Positions 1 through 7,119 of a stretch of DNA of 39,842 bases are shown piece by piece; position 1 is the first letter of the stretch, and the number at the start of each line of letters is the position of its first letter. Both the position numbers and the translations under genes were made by a program. This DNA comes from Christensenellaceae bacterium (GTDB lineage: Bacteria > Bacillota > Clostridia > Christensenellales > Borkfalkiaceae). The stretch lies in the NCBI GenBank assembly GCA_045644785.1, contig JAZRHN010000027.1:1-39842 (forward strand), given 5' to 3'. Below the pieces are notes generated by a model. That model saw only the letters and a program-made list of their open reading frames with translations, was not told where the DNA came from and did not search any database.

Positions 1-140
1 TGGTGGGCAGGGGTGGAAAGGCACGAATACTATATATAGTAAATAAATATGCAAGTAAACCACAATATATAGTATATTTTTAATTGTAGTAACATTTTAG
101 TAACTTTTTGTTGATAAATTACTATTAAAGTTTACTAATT
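1..140. repeat. Terminal direct repeat, copy 1 (identical to 39703-39842)
   Basis: Compared base by base with the window end. It includes the last 16 nt of the integrase ORF, so it is a circular overlap rather than an att repeat. Confidence 0.95.
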
Positions 141-1246
141 ATTGCCAATTTATCGTCTTCGTAAAGGTGTCCGTAGGTTTTAATAACTTGTTCGACAGTA
201 TCTCCGATAAGGTCTGCAACTACCATAAAGTTTGCGCCTAAATGCAATAGTCGAGAAACAAAAGAGTGTCGTAAATCGTGTATGCGAATTTGTTTAACGC
301 CTGCAATATTGCAATATCTTACGAAATGGTTTCTAACCGAATTTTCGTGGATAGGGTCTTTACCACCAAAAAAGAAATCGCCTTTATCTAAACGATTATA
401 GTTTTTTAGTTCTTGTTGTAATGTGGGGCAAATTGGTGTTGCGCCAGCCTTTTCGTTTTTAGTTGAAGTTATAAGGTAGGGTGCGCTTAACACTTTTCTA
501 TTATAGGTTTTATTGAAGATAATTTTATCTTCTTTAATGTCGTTAGGGGATAGGGCAAGGATTTCGCCTTTTCTTCTTCCCGTGTAAAACATCATTGAAA
601 ACATACAACGATACAAGGGTTTATCTACAACTGAAATAAACTGCTCAAATTCTTCTTTAGTCCAAAATTGCATTTCGGTTTTAGGAATACGTCTTTTAGG
701 TTTCTTTATATCAAGCAAAAAGTTTTTTGTTCCGTAACGTTCCGAACACCACGAAAGGAAAGCCGAAAAATGAATGCGCGTGTTTGTTAGATATTTATAG
801 GAATAGAAGTCGTTTGTTTTGGGGTTTCTTGTTGCCCATAATTTATCTTGCCAATCAAGAAGTGTTTCTTTTGTAAGGTCAATAAGTTTTGTATCGCCTA
901 AAGGTTCATAGATAAACCTTTCAAAAGTTTTTTGTTTGTCGTATATAGACGATTCTTTAACTTGGTTTTGTAACGATGCAAAGTATTTTAACGATAATTC
1001 TTTAATGGTAAACGCGATTTTGTTTGCGCTCTTTTTTAATGGGTTATTCTTTACAAGTTCGCAGTTAGAAATAAAATCAAGGTAGCCTTGTTTTGCTAAG
1101 GTTTTGTTTGAATAGCCCGATAATTTTTTTTGCTTTTCTACACCGTCTAAAGTAACAATACGAAAAATTACGTCATAAACTTTTCCGCGTTTTGTTTGAC
1201 GTTCTTGTAAAGAGTATTTATTTGATGAAATGTAGTATTGTGGCAT
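125..1246 (-). CDS. int: Tyrosine recombinase / phage integrase
   Basis: 373 aa. The C-terminal catalytic signature is visible (GRRKGE..., HDLRHSF, TYGHLY). Position next to the repeat-rich non-coding att-like region. Confidence 0.9.
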   Translation of the reverse strand: MPQYYISSNKYSLQERQTKRGKVYDVIFRIVTLDGVEKQKKLSGYSNKTLAKQGYLDFISNCELVKNNPLKKSANKIAFTIKELSLKYFASLQNQVKESSIYDKQKTFERFIYEPLGDTKLIDLTKETLLDWQDKLWATRNPKTNDFYSYKYLTNTRIHFSAFLSWCSERYGTKNFLLDIKKPKRRIPKTEMQFWTKEEFEQFISVVDKPLYRCMFSMMFYTGRRKGEILALSPNDIKEDKIIFNKTYNRKVLSAPYLITSTKNEKAGATPICPTLQQELKNYNRLDKGDFFFGGKDPIHENSVRNHFVRYCNIAGVKQIRIHDLRHSFVSRLLHLGANFMVVADLIGDTVEQVIKTYGHLYEDDKLAIISKL

Positions 1247-1336
1247 AGGTTAGTTTTCGTAGATATTGTAATTTGGTTCATCTAACTTTACATAGTAAAG
1301 TAAATCAACCTTATTCAAAAAATATCTTTATATTTA

Positions 1337-1915
1337 TTAATTTATAAGTGTTAAATTGTTGTTTTGTGCATAATAATTTAGCGTTTTAATTAAAAGTTCA
1401 GGAACATCAAAATTTAATTGTGTTTCGTTTAACGGATTTTCTAATGAACCATAATTTTCAAGGCATAATAATAGATAAATTTTATCCATAGCCTTTAGGA
1501 AGTATGTCTTGTGGTTGTCTGAAAGGGGTGGGTTAAAAGATTCTTTTATATCTTCCCAAAAATCTTGGTCTTTTCTTAACTTTTGATAACTATAATCGGT
1601 TTCAATAATGCAAGCCAAAATGGTGGTTGACATTATTCCAAAATGTTTATTATGCACATTTTTTTCGTTTTTCATTTCTTTGAATTCTTCAAGTCCAACG
1701 TCATAAACTAGGTCAGACACTCGTTTGTGGTTAATAAAAACTCTATTTTCGCGTTGAAAATGTTCAATAGCCATTGAAATATAATGGTCTATTTGCGCTC
1801 TTACTTCAAGTTTTACATCAGGTGTGGAGATTTCAACTGTTTTCCATTGTATTGTTGATGTTGGTGCGGGATTGGGATTGGGGGCATTATTTTTTTTATT
1901 TCTCTTAAATAACAT
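1337..1915 (-). CDS. Hypothetical protein, co-oriented with and 14 nt downstream of an XRE gene (lysogeny-side accessory gene)
   Basis: 192-aa ORF with an AAAGGAAAA RBS-like sequence before the ATG. No family recognised. Confidence 0.6.
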   Translation of the reverse strand: MLFKRNKKNNAPNPNPAPTSTIQWKTVEISTPDVKLEVRAQIDHYISMAIEHFQRENRVFINHKRVSDLVYDVGLEEFKEMKNEKNVHNKHFGIMSTTILACIIETDYSYQKLRKDQDFWEDIKESFNPPLSDNHKTYFLKAMDKIYLLLCLENYGSLENPLNETQLNFDVPELLIKTLNYYAQNNNLTLIN

Positions 1916-1929
1916 AGTTTTTCCTTTAA

Positions 1930-2337
1930 TTATTCCGTTTTTAGTTTAGTATAATATTCGTGAACTGCTAAAAGTTTTTTTGTATAAGCAAGTTCAGTTT
2001 TAGTTTTTTCTAATTCCTTTTCAAGACTGTTGTATTTATCTAAAAGTAATCCGTAATCGCTAACAACTAAATTTTTCTCTGCGTTTACTTCTTCAACAGT
2101 TTCTTGTAATTCGACAACCGTTTCTGTTGCAACCACTACTTTTGTGTCAGCAAATAGGTCATCAAGAGAGCAACCTAAAACCTTACAAATAGGTATTAAG
2201 GTTGTCATATAAGGGTTGTTGGTATCTCCTGAAATGATACGGCTGACAGTTCTTTCAGGCAGGTTTGACTTTTCTGCTATTTGCTTTGTAGTCAAGCCTG
2301 CCTTTTTTTTGAAATCTTTTAAGTTTTCGTTCCACAT
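1930..2337 (-). CDS. XRE-family HTH transcriptional regulator with C-terminal coiled coil
   Basis: HTH segment LTTKQIAEKSNLPERTVSRIISG. I prefer the internal ATG at 2337 (AGGAGA RBS at about 2348-2353) over the track start at 2430. Confidence 0.8.
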   Translation of the reverse strand: MWNENLKDFKKKAGLTTKQIAEKSNLPERTVSRIISGDTNNPYMTTLIPICKVLGCSLDDLFADTKVVVATETVVELQETVEEVNAEKNLVVSDYGLLLDKYNSLEKELEKTKTELAYTKKLLAVHEYYTKLKTE

Positions 2338-2390
2338 TTGTTGTCTTTCTCCTATGATAAACTTGGTATAAAAAATTTTATAAAACCACC

Positions 2391-2420
2391 TTGAAATGTC
2401 CGTTGTTTTTTGTATATAAT
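2391..2420 (+). promoter_or_regulatory. Candidate promoter TTGAAA-18-TATAAT driving the 45-aa ORF
   Basis: TTGAAA at 2391-2396 and TATAAT at 2415-2420, read directly from the sequence. Confidence 0.4.
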
Positions 2421-2448
2421 TCAACCACAAAACAAGGGGGAAGCCTAA

Positions 2449-2586
2449 ATGAATGAATTAAACAAGATGAAAATAGAATTGATACGCAAACTTTTAGATG
2501 CCAAACTTTCGCAAGAAGAAAAACAAGATGTCCTAAAGAAAGCGAAAGAAATTGTATCACGCGATAAAAAGAAGCCTTGCAGTTAG
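2449..2586 (+). CDS. Small 45-aa helical ORF (MNELNKMKIELIRKLL...) divergent from the XRE gene
   Basis: Below the ORF-track cutoff. AAGGGGGA RBS-like sequence upstream, candidate promoter upstream, terminator hairpin at its 3' end. Confidence 0.35.
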   Translation: MNELNKMKIELIRKLLDAKLSQEEKQDVLKKAKEIVSRDKKKPCS

Positions 2587-2601
2587 CAAGGTTTTTATTT
2601 T
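2573..2601. terminator. Bidirectional intrinsic terminator (CCTTGC-agtta-GCAAGG, followed by TTTTTATTTT)
   Basis: Stem at 2575-2580 / 2586-2591, T-run downstream, A-rich upstream. It lies between convergent gene ends. Confidence 0.55.
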
Positions 2602-2954
2602 CTCTTGCTAATTATATAATCTATATAGTTTGATAATTCTTTTATTTCGTCAGCGTTAAGTTGTTTTATTAATGTCATAAGTTCGTTATCTTCTGAAGAA
2701 ATGGACATAGATGTTTGATTATTATCATAAGAACAATGCCCCAACAAATAGAGTGTGCTTACATCTAATTTATTAGCAATAAGGTTAAGTGTTGTCAAGT
2801 CGGGTTCAGATTTTCCAAGTTCCCACATTCTAACAGTGCTATCGCCTTTATTAACAGCAACACCAAGTTGTTTTTGGGTAAATCCTTTTTGCTCACGCGC
2901 AAATCTAATTCTTGTGCCAATAGAATCCATAAAAATTTTATTTCTATTTCCCAT
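2595..2954 (-). CDS. CI-like XRE-family repressor
   Basis: HTH segment FTQKQLGVAVNKGDSTVRMWELG. AGAGG RBS. Divergent from the Cro-like gene across the operator-rich region. Confidence 0.8.
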   Translation of the reverse strand: MGNRNKIFMDSIGTRIRFAREQKGFTQKQLGVAVNKGDSTVRMWELGKSEPDLTTLNLIANKLDVSTLYLLGHCSYDNNQTSMSISSEDNELMTLIKQLNADEIKELSNYIDYIISKRK

Positions 2955-2994
2955 AAAAACCTCTTACTTTCAATAATATTGCTGTCAAAAACTA

Positions 2995-3022
2995 ATTATA
3001 GCAAAAATTTTGCTAATTTCAA
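2995..3022 (-). promoter_or_regulatory. Candidate leftward promoter for the CI-like gene (TTGAAA-16-TATAAT on the minus strand)
   Basis: The plus strand shows ATTATA at 2995-3000 and TTTCAA at 3017-3022. The operator at 3000-3014 fills the spacer. Confidence 0.45.
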
Positions 3023-3042
3023 GAAAAAAATCAACAAAATGC

Positions 3043-3071
3043 TTGACAGCAATAAAATTGCGGTATATAAT
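3043..3071 (+). promoter_or_regulatory. Consensus rightward promoter TTGACA-17-TATAAT (PR-like)
   Basis: TTGACA at 3043-3048 and TATAAT at 3066-3071 with a 17-nt spacer occupied by the operator at 3048-3062. Another operator sits just downstream at 3081-3095. Confidence 0.6.
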
Positions 3072-3095
3072 AATTGTGCAAGCAACAAAATTGCT

Positions 3096-3522
3096 GTTTT
3101 GTGATTACAAAAAACCACTTGTTTGCCCAAGTGGGAAATTGTAACAAATTTTTTTACCTTTATGCTTTGCAATCAACAAATCTTTTTTGTAGTGTTTTTT
3201 TCGCAGGTCGTGCGATACAAAAAAGTGTTTCTAATGTTTTTACGCAGTTCGTGCGTTAGAAACAACAAATGTTGATGTAGTAAGACAAATTACTACTTCT
3301 GTAAAGTTAGTGTTGCTTTGGCAGTTTGTGTCTGCCAACACCATAAGTCAACACAGTTACCTAAAGGAACAAAGGTGCGACATTAAAAACTTAAAAAGTT
3401 TTTTCATAATATCACCGCCTTTTATGGTAAGTTAATTTTATTGTTGCAACGATAATAATTTACCATAAAAACACAAATCGGTCAACTATATTGCTAGCAA
3501 AAATATAAAAAGGAGAGTATTT
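3096..3522 (+). other. Long non-coding, hairpin-rich leader between the PR-like promoter and the Cro-like gene
   Basis: No ORF with an RBS. Inverted repeats at 3115-3134, 3227-3262, 3277-3296, 3310-3341, 3385-3403 and 3420-3470. Direct repeat CGCAGKTCGTGCGWTA at 3202-3217 and 3243-3258. Confidence 0.5.
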
Positions 3523-3711
3523 ATGAATCTTAAAGAATTTAGACAAAGTAAAGGTTTGTCGCAAGAACAGTTTGCGATAAAGATTGGTGTTTCATATTCT
3601 ATGCTTGTAAAAGTAGAGAATGGACGTGCAGGTGCATCTAAGAACTTTATGGATAAGATTAAAAAGGTATATCCAGACATTAGTATAGATAAAGTTTTTT
3701 TTGCCCAATAA
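3523..3711 (+). CDS. Cro-like XRE-family HTH protein
   Basis: 62 aa, LSQEQFAIKIGVSYSMLVKVENG, AAGGAGAG RBS. First gene of the rightward operon. Confidence 0.8.
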   Translation: MNLKEFRQSKGLSQEQFAIKIGVSYSMLVKVENGRAGASKNFMDKIKKVYPDISIDKVFFAQ

Positions 3712-3712
3712 T

Positions 3713-3727
3713 AGCAATAAAATTGCT
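3713..3727. promoter_or_regulatory. Fifth copy of the AGCAA-N5-TTGCT operator (AGCAATAAAATTGCT)
   Basis: Perfect half-sites immediately after the Cro-like stop codon. Confidence 0.45.
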
Positions 3728-3751
3728 GTAATTAATACAAGGAGAACAAAA

Positions 3752-3964
3752 ATGGGATTAACTGACAAGCAAGTAGAAAAAGAGATTGAGAAGTTACAAG
3801 AATCGCCTTATGTGAAGTTGGCGAAATTGGAAGAACGAATCCGTTATAAGAGAAGACAATATTTATATTGTTTAAGGCAGTATGAGAAAAAGGGTAAAGA
3901 ATTAGCGGATTCAGGGATAACGATTGAAGACTTAAAAAGGATAGACAAGGAGAGTGACAAGTGA
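3752..3964 (+). CDS. Hypothetical protein (70 aa, charged and helical)
   Basis: The ATG at 3752 has an AAGGAGAA RBS. The track start at 3701 would run through the operator site. Confidence 0.6.
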   Translation: MGLTDKQVEKEIEKLQESPYVKLAKLEERIRYKRRQYLYCLRQYEKKGKELADSGITIEDLKRIDKESDK

Positions 3965-4182
3965 GTTACGAAGAAAGGGAAAAGATGTTTTCCAAAGACT
4001 ATTTAACGATTAAAGACTTGCAAGACCTATTAGGGCTACCGTATCAAGTTGCTGCAAGGAAGATGCGTGAGATTAAGTTTAATTACGATAGATTGGGAAT
4101 ACAGGGCAAAATTCATATTGAAGATTATTTCGAATATTTCAATATAACTGACAAGCAAAGATATGTTAAGGAGAGAATATGA
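3961..4182 (+). CDS. Excisionase-like / MerR-type HTH DNA-binding protein
   Basis: 73 aa. The segment YLTIKDLQDLLGLPYQVAARKMREIK resembles Xis-type HTH. GTG start with an AAGGAGAG RBS. Confidence 0.5.
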   Translation: MSYEEREKMFSKDYLTIKDLQDLLGLPYQVAARKMREIKFNYDRLGIQGKIHIEDYFEYFNITDKQRYVKERI

Positions 4183-4358
4183 TTACGAAATGCACAAGGG
4201 AACAAGGAATTAAAGCAAAGGTAAAGTTAGGCATTGAATTAACCAAGCAGGAAGAAAGTTTTTATTTATTGTATTACGCAAACTACAACGAACGTTGCGA
4301 GTATATGAGAAATAAGAAAGGGGGAAAAGGCGATGAAACTTTACGAGCAAATCACTAA
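4179..4358 (+). CDS. Small hypothetical protein (59 aa, MITKCTREQGIKAKV...)
   Basis: Below the track cutoff. ATGA stop-start overlap with the upstream gene and an AAGGAGAG RBS. Confidence 0.4.
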   Translation: MITKCTREQGIKAKVKLGIELTKQEESFYLLYYANYNERCEYMRNKKGGKGDETLRANH

Positions 4359-4761
4359 AAAAGGATTAACAAGTAAAAGTTTTGCGGAAGCGATAGGAAG
4401 CGATGCACCAATGGTAAGTAAATTTACTCATTACAAATGTTTACCGATACCGCCAACACTAAAGATTATGTGTGATGTGTTAGGTTGTAATGCCGAAGAT
4501 ATTTACTCTAGCGAAGAAATGTATTACGCACCGACTAAAAAGCAAGGGCAAAATAAAAAAGCCAACAATTATAAACTAACTGTCTGCTTACCGAAAGAAG
4601 CCAAAGCGTTTTTTAAGAAGGCATTAAAGAAGTGTGGTTATCGCGATATTACTGATTGGATATTACACTGCTACGCAAGGCTACAAAAACGTTATGAAAT
4701 TATTTTAACCGCTGAAAGAGAAAAGGCTCTCCGCGATAGCGAAAAGCCCAAAGATTGTTGA
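4333..4761 (+). CDS. HTH-domain protein (XRE-like N-terminus)
   Basis: LTSKSFAEAIGSDAPMVSKFTHYK is HTH-like. RBS-like AAGGGGGA upstream. Confidence 0.6.
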   Translation: MKLYEQITKKGLTSKSFAEAIGSDAPMVSKFTHYKCLPIPPTLKIMCDVLGCNAEDIYSSEEMYYAPTKKQGQNKKANNYKLTVCLPKEAKAFFKKALKKCGYRDITDWILHCYARLQKRYEIILTAEREKALRDSEKPKDC

Positions 4762-4833
4762 ACACAGGACGCGTGTTCGGATTAAAAACATTTTAGCAAA
4801 TTAAAACTTATATGTCAAGGAGATTTATAAAAA

Positions 4834-5094
4834 ATGGATATGAAAGAATTTTATAGAAAGCAAATGAAAAAGGCAAGACTATTGCTAGATATGGCAACGA
4901 TAGGTTATCAAGCAAAGGTAAAAGAATTAGGACTTAAACTTGTAGAAAGCACGGAAGACAATTCTGACGACATTATTGAGCAAATCAAGGATATGAAAGA
5001 AGTTATTGCCGATGTATGTAAGGATTTAGGATACTACACCGAAAATTTTGTAAAAGAAGGAAAGGAAGAAAAAGATGAAAGAGAGAACGCTTAA
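4834..5094 (+). CDS. Hypothetical protein
   Basis: 86-aa ORF with an AAGGAGA RBS. Confidence 0.6.
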   Translation: MDMKEFYRKQMKKARLLLDMATIGYQAKVKELGLKLVESTEDNSDDIIEQIKDMKEVIADVCKDLGYYTENFVKEGKEEKDERENA

Positions 5095-5392
5095 GTTTTT
5101 TAGAAAAACGGGCGAAATTTGGATAAACGGCGAATGGGATGGTGATGAAGGATATGATTTTAATTACACGCCCGATACTGACGATTTAGAAGATGCGCTT
5201 GTATCTATTGTTACCGAATATTATTTCGGCGAAACTATAAACGAAAATCCAGCGCTTGAAAAAGATTTAACCGAAAAGGTTAGAAATCTTATACAAGATT
5301 GTGATTTTGGCGATGCGCTTGCCGATTCGTTTGAAGAAGATTTAATTGCTTGGTTTGATACCGAAGCACAAGAAAGTGAAACTAACGATTAA
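5075..5392 (+). CDS. Strongly acidic hypothetical protein
   Basis: 105 aa, visibly very rich in D/E. RBS present. Confidence 0.6.
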   Translation: MKERTLKFFRKTGEIWINGEWDGDEGYDFNYTPDTDDLEDALVSIVTEYYFGETINENPALEKDLTEKVRNLIQDCDFGDALADSFEEDLIAWFDTEAQESETND

Positions 5393-5401
5393 GGAGATAT
5401 T

Positions 5402-6034
5402 ATGATTAAGAATTTTATTGAGTTGTCAAAAGTAGAAGTGCCTATTACTAAAAAACCGACATTTGCTTACAATAAGGCAAAACAAAAGTTAGAGCAAAAC
5501 GGAACGGTTGACACGCTTTCGTGGGCGGATTGTTTAACTTGCTTATATGATAACGGTGCGGAAAGAGTTGTATTTGAAAATGTGTTAAATGAAAATGGCG
5601 GTTTACTCTTTAAGGACGAAAACAACGCTATTTCTATTAAGGTATTTGTAGAGATTGACGGAGACCGCAGGGAAATCTTCTATCCTGTTATGGACGGTAT
5701 GAAAGACGTAACACTTGAAAAGTTATCTCAAAGCGATATTTACAACGCTAAACAAAGAGCATTTGTAAAATGTGTTGCGGTAAATTGGGGTTTAGGTATT
5801 CATTTATGGAAGAAAGACGATAACCCCGACACAGTTATTAAAGAACGTGAAGAAAGTTTAGCCGAACAGTTTAGAACACTTGTAAACGAATCCGTTAAAA
5901 AGTGCGGTGGTATCAACGAAATGCTTGCTCACTTAAAAGGTGTAAGTCGTAAGCGTATTGAAGAACTTATCGAAGTTGCAAAAGAGATTGACGGAATTGT
6001 AAAAGTATTATCAAAGGTAAGCGAAAATGATTAA
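5402..6034 (+). CDS. Single-strand annealing protein, DUF1071 / Sak3-like (Rad52 superfamily)
   Basis: Family-typical motifs LSWA..., YPVMDG, and RAFVKCVAVNWGLGIHLWKKDD. Followed by an exonuclease gene. Confidence 0.7.
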   Translation: MIKNFIELSKVEVPITKKPTFAYNKAKQKLEQNGTVDTLSWADCLTCLYDNGAERVVFENVLNENGGLLFKDENNAISIKVFVEIDGDRREIFYPVMDGMKDVTLEKLSQSDIYNAKQRAFVKCVAVNWGLGIHLWKKDDNPDTVIKEREESLAEQFRTLVNESVKKCGGINEMLAHLKGVSRKRIEELIEVAKEIDGIVKVLSKVSEND

Positions 6035-6626
6035 AAATCAAAATCGTAGTCATTGGTTTGGTGCTTCTGACACTTCAATGATAATGGGAAATTGGGAAAC
6101 GGAAAGTTTCAAAAATTGGTGGCTAGTTAAATTGGGTGTAATGAAAAATAATCTATCAAGTTGGGTTATGGATTGCGGAAACATTATGGAAATACCGATT
6201 ATTCGTTTTATCGAGAAATTGGAAAAGCAAAAAATCCATATAGGCAAGCGCCCATATTATAAGTTAGGTTTGCGTTTGCGCTGCAATTATGACGGACTAC
6301 GAAAGAACGAAGTTGTAGAGATTAAAACATCAGGGGCAGGGTTTAAGAAAGTGCCTAAAAACTATTGGCAACAATGTCAGGTGTTGATGTATCGCAAGAA
6401 AAGAAAATACACATCGTTGTATCTCTACTATATGACCGATGCGGACTACTTAAATCCCTATTTTCCCGATATTGACAAAAACCGCCTTGTAAGACACAAA
6501 ATAATGTTTGATAAGGGTTTTATCGACAACGAGTATTTACCGCGTTTAAGGTATCTTGCAAGGTGTCTAAAGGCGAAAATAATGCCAAAGGTGGAAGATT
6601 ATGTTCAGTATTACAGTAAAAAATGA
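6027..6626 (+). CDS. YqaJ-like PD-(D/E)xK recombination exonuclease
   Basis: WFGASDTSMIMG near the N-terminus and D...VVEIKTS. Paired with the annealing protein. Confidence 0.75.
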   Translation: MIKNQNRSHWFGASDTSMIMGNWETESFKNWWLVKLGVMKNNLSSWVMDCGNIMEIPIIRFIEKLEKQKIHIGKRPYYKLGLRLRCNYDGLRKNEVVEIKTSGAGFKKVPKNYWQQCQVLMYRKKRKYTSLYLYYMTDADYLNPYFPDIDKNRLVRHKIMFDKGFIDNEYLPRLRYLARCLKAKIMPKVEDYVQYYSKK

Positions 6627-7119
6627 AAATGACTTGTCGAAAGCGCTAACACAGGTGGCAAATCTTGCGCCACAGTTACCGCAAAGAATTTATGACGTAG
6701 AAATTAAACTGCATAAGGAAAGGCGAAGCCTAAACGCCAATGCTTATTTTCACTCTTTAGTGCATAAGATTGCCGAAGTGATGAAGATAGGAAACGATGA
6801 ATGTAAGATACAACTTAACCTAGAATATGGGTCGCCTTTAAGGATTGATGAGGACACATTGTTTGCCTTGAAAGTGCCGAAAGGTGCTGACGTGAAAAGC
6901 GTTGTCAAATATCCGAAATGGGTAAAAGAAACAATCGATAACGGAAAGGTTGTTGATGTGTATATGGTTTATAAAGAAACACACACGCTAGATGTTAAGG
7001 AAATGGCAAGGCTAATAGACGGTGTTGTATCTGAAGCACAAGAGTTGGGGATAGACACTAGAACGCCTGCGGAAATTGCGGAAATTAAATCTTTATGGGA
7101 AACGGAGAGATTAAAGTGA
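6601..7119 (+). CDS. NinB-like recombination mediator
   Basis: ERRSLNANAYFHSLV resembles the lambda NinB RSLDQN motif. C-terminal THTLDVKEMARLIDGV...ELGI resembles the NinB tail. Confidence 0.55.
   Translation: MFSITVKNENDLSKALTQVANLAPQLPQRIYDVEIKLHKERRSLNANAYFHSLVHKIAEVMKIGNDECKIQLNLEYGSPLRIDEDTLFALKVPKGADVKSVVKYPKWVKETIDNGKVVDVYMVYKETHTLDVKEMARLIDGVVSEAQELGIDTRTPAEIAEIKSLWETERLK

Larger units (their letters stand above)
2969..3095. promoter_or_regulatory. Operator cluster: four copies of the inverted repeat AGCAA-N5-TTGCT
   Basis: Sites at 2969-2983 (TTCAATAATATTGCT), 3000-3014 (AGCAAAAATTTTGCT), 3048-3062 (AGCAATAAAATTGCG) and 3081-3095 (AGCAACAAAATTGCT). They overlap both divergent promoters. 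Confidence 0.6.

Noticed and set aside
1-30. Possible tRNA gene at the GC-rich island (the reverse complement ends in CCACCA-like sequence)
   Set aside because: I tried to fold it. The nucleotides where the T-loop and T-stem should be (tgccttt / attcg versus ccacc) do not pair or match TTCRANY. At most it is a short attP core copying a tRNA 3' end, not a tRNA gene.
1-140. The 140-bp terminal repeats as attL/attR of an integrated prophage
   Set aside because: The repeat includes the 3' end of the integrase coding sequence and no bacterial flanking DNA is present. This is consistent with a circular assembly overlap instead.
2378-2560. 60-aa minus-strand ORF between the two XRE genes
   Set aside because: It has no RBS. 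It overlaps the promoter region and the better-supported plus-strand 45-aa ORF.
2755-3259. Three plus-strand ORFs in the track (2755-2976, 2868-3104, 3074-3259)
   Set aside because: They overlap the CI-like gene antisense or run through the operator/promoter region. They have no RBS and low-complexity products.
3354-3404. 16-codon minus-strand micro-ORF (MKKLFKFLMSHLCSFR) with a GGCGGTG RBS-like sequence inside the long leader
   Set aside because: It is too short and unsupported to call. It is mentioned only because the surrounding region is otherwise ORF-free.
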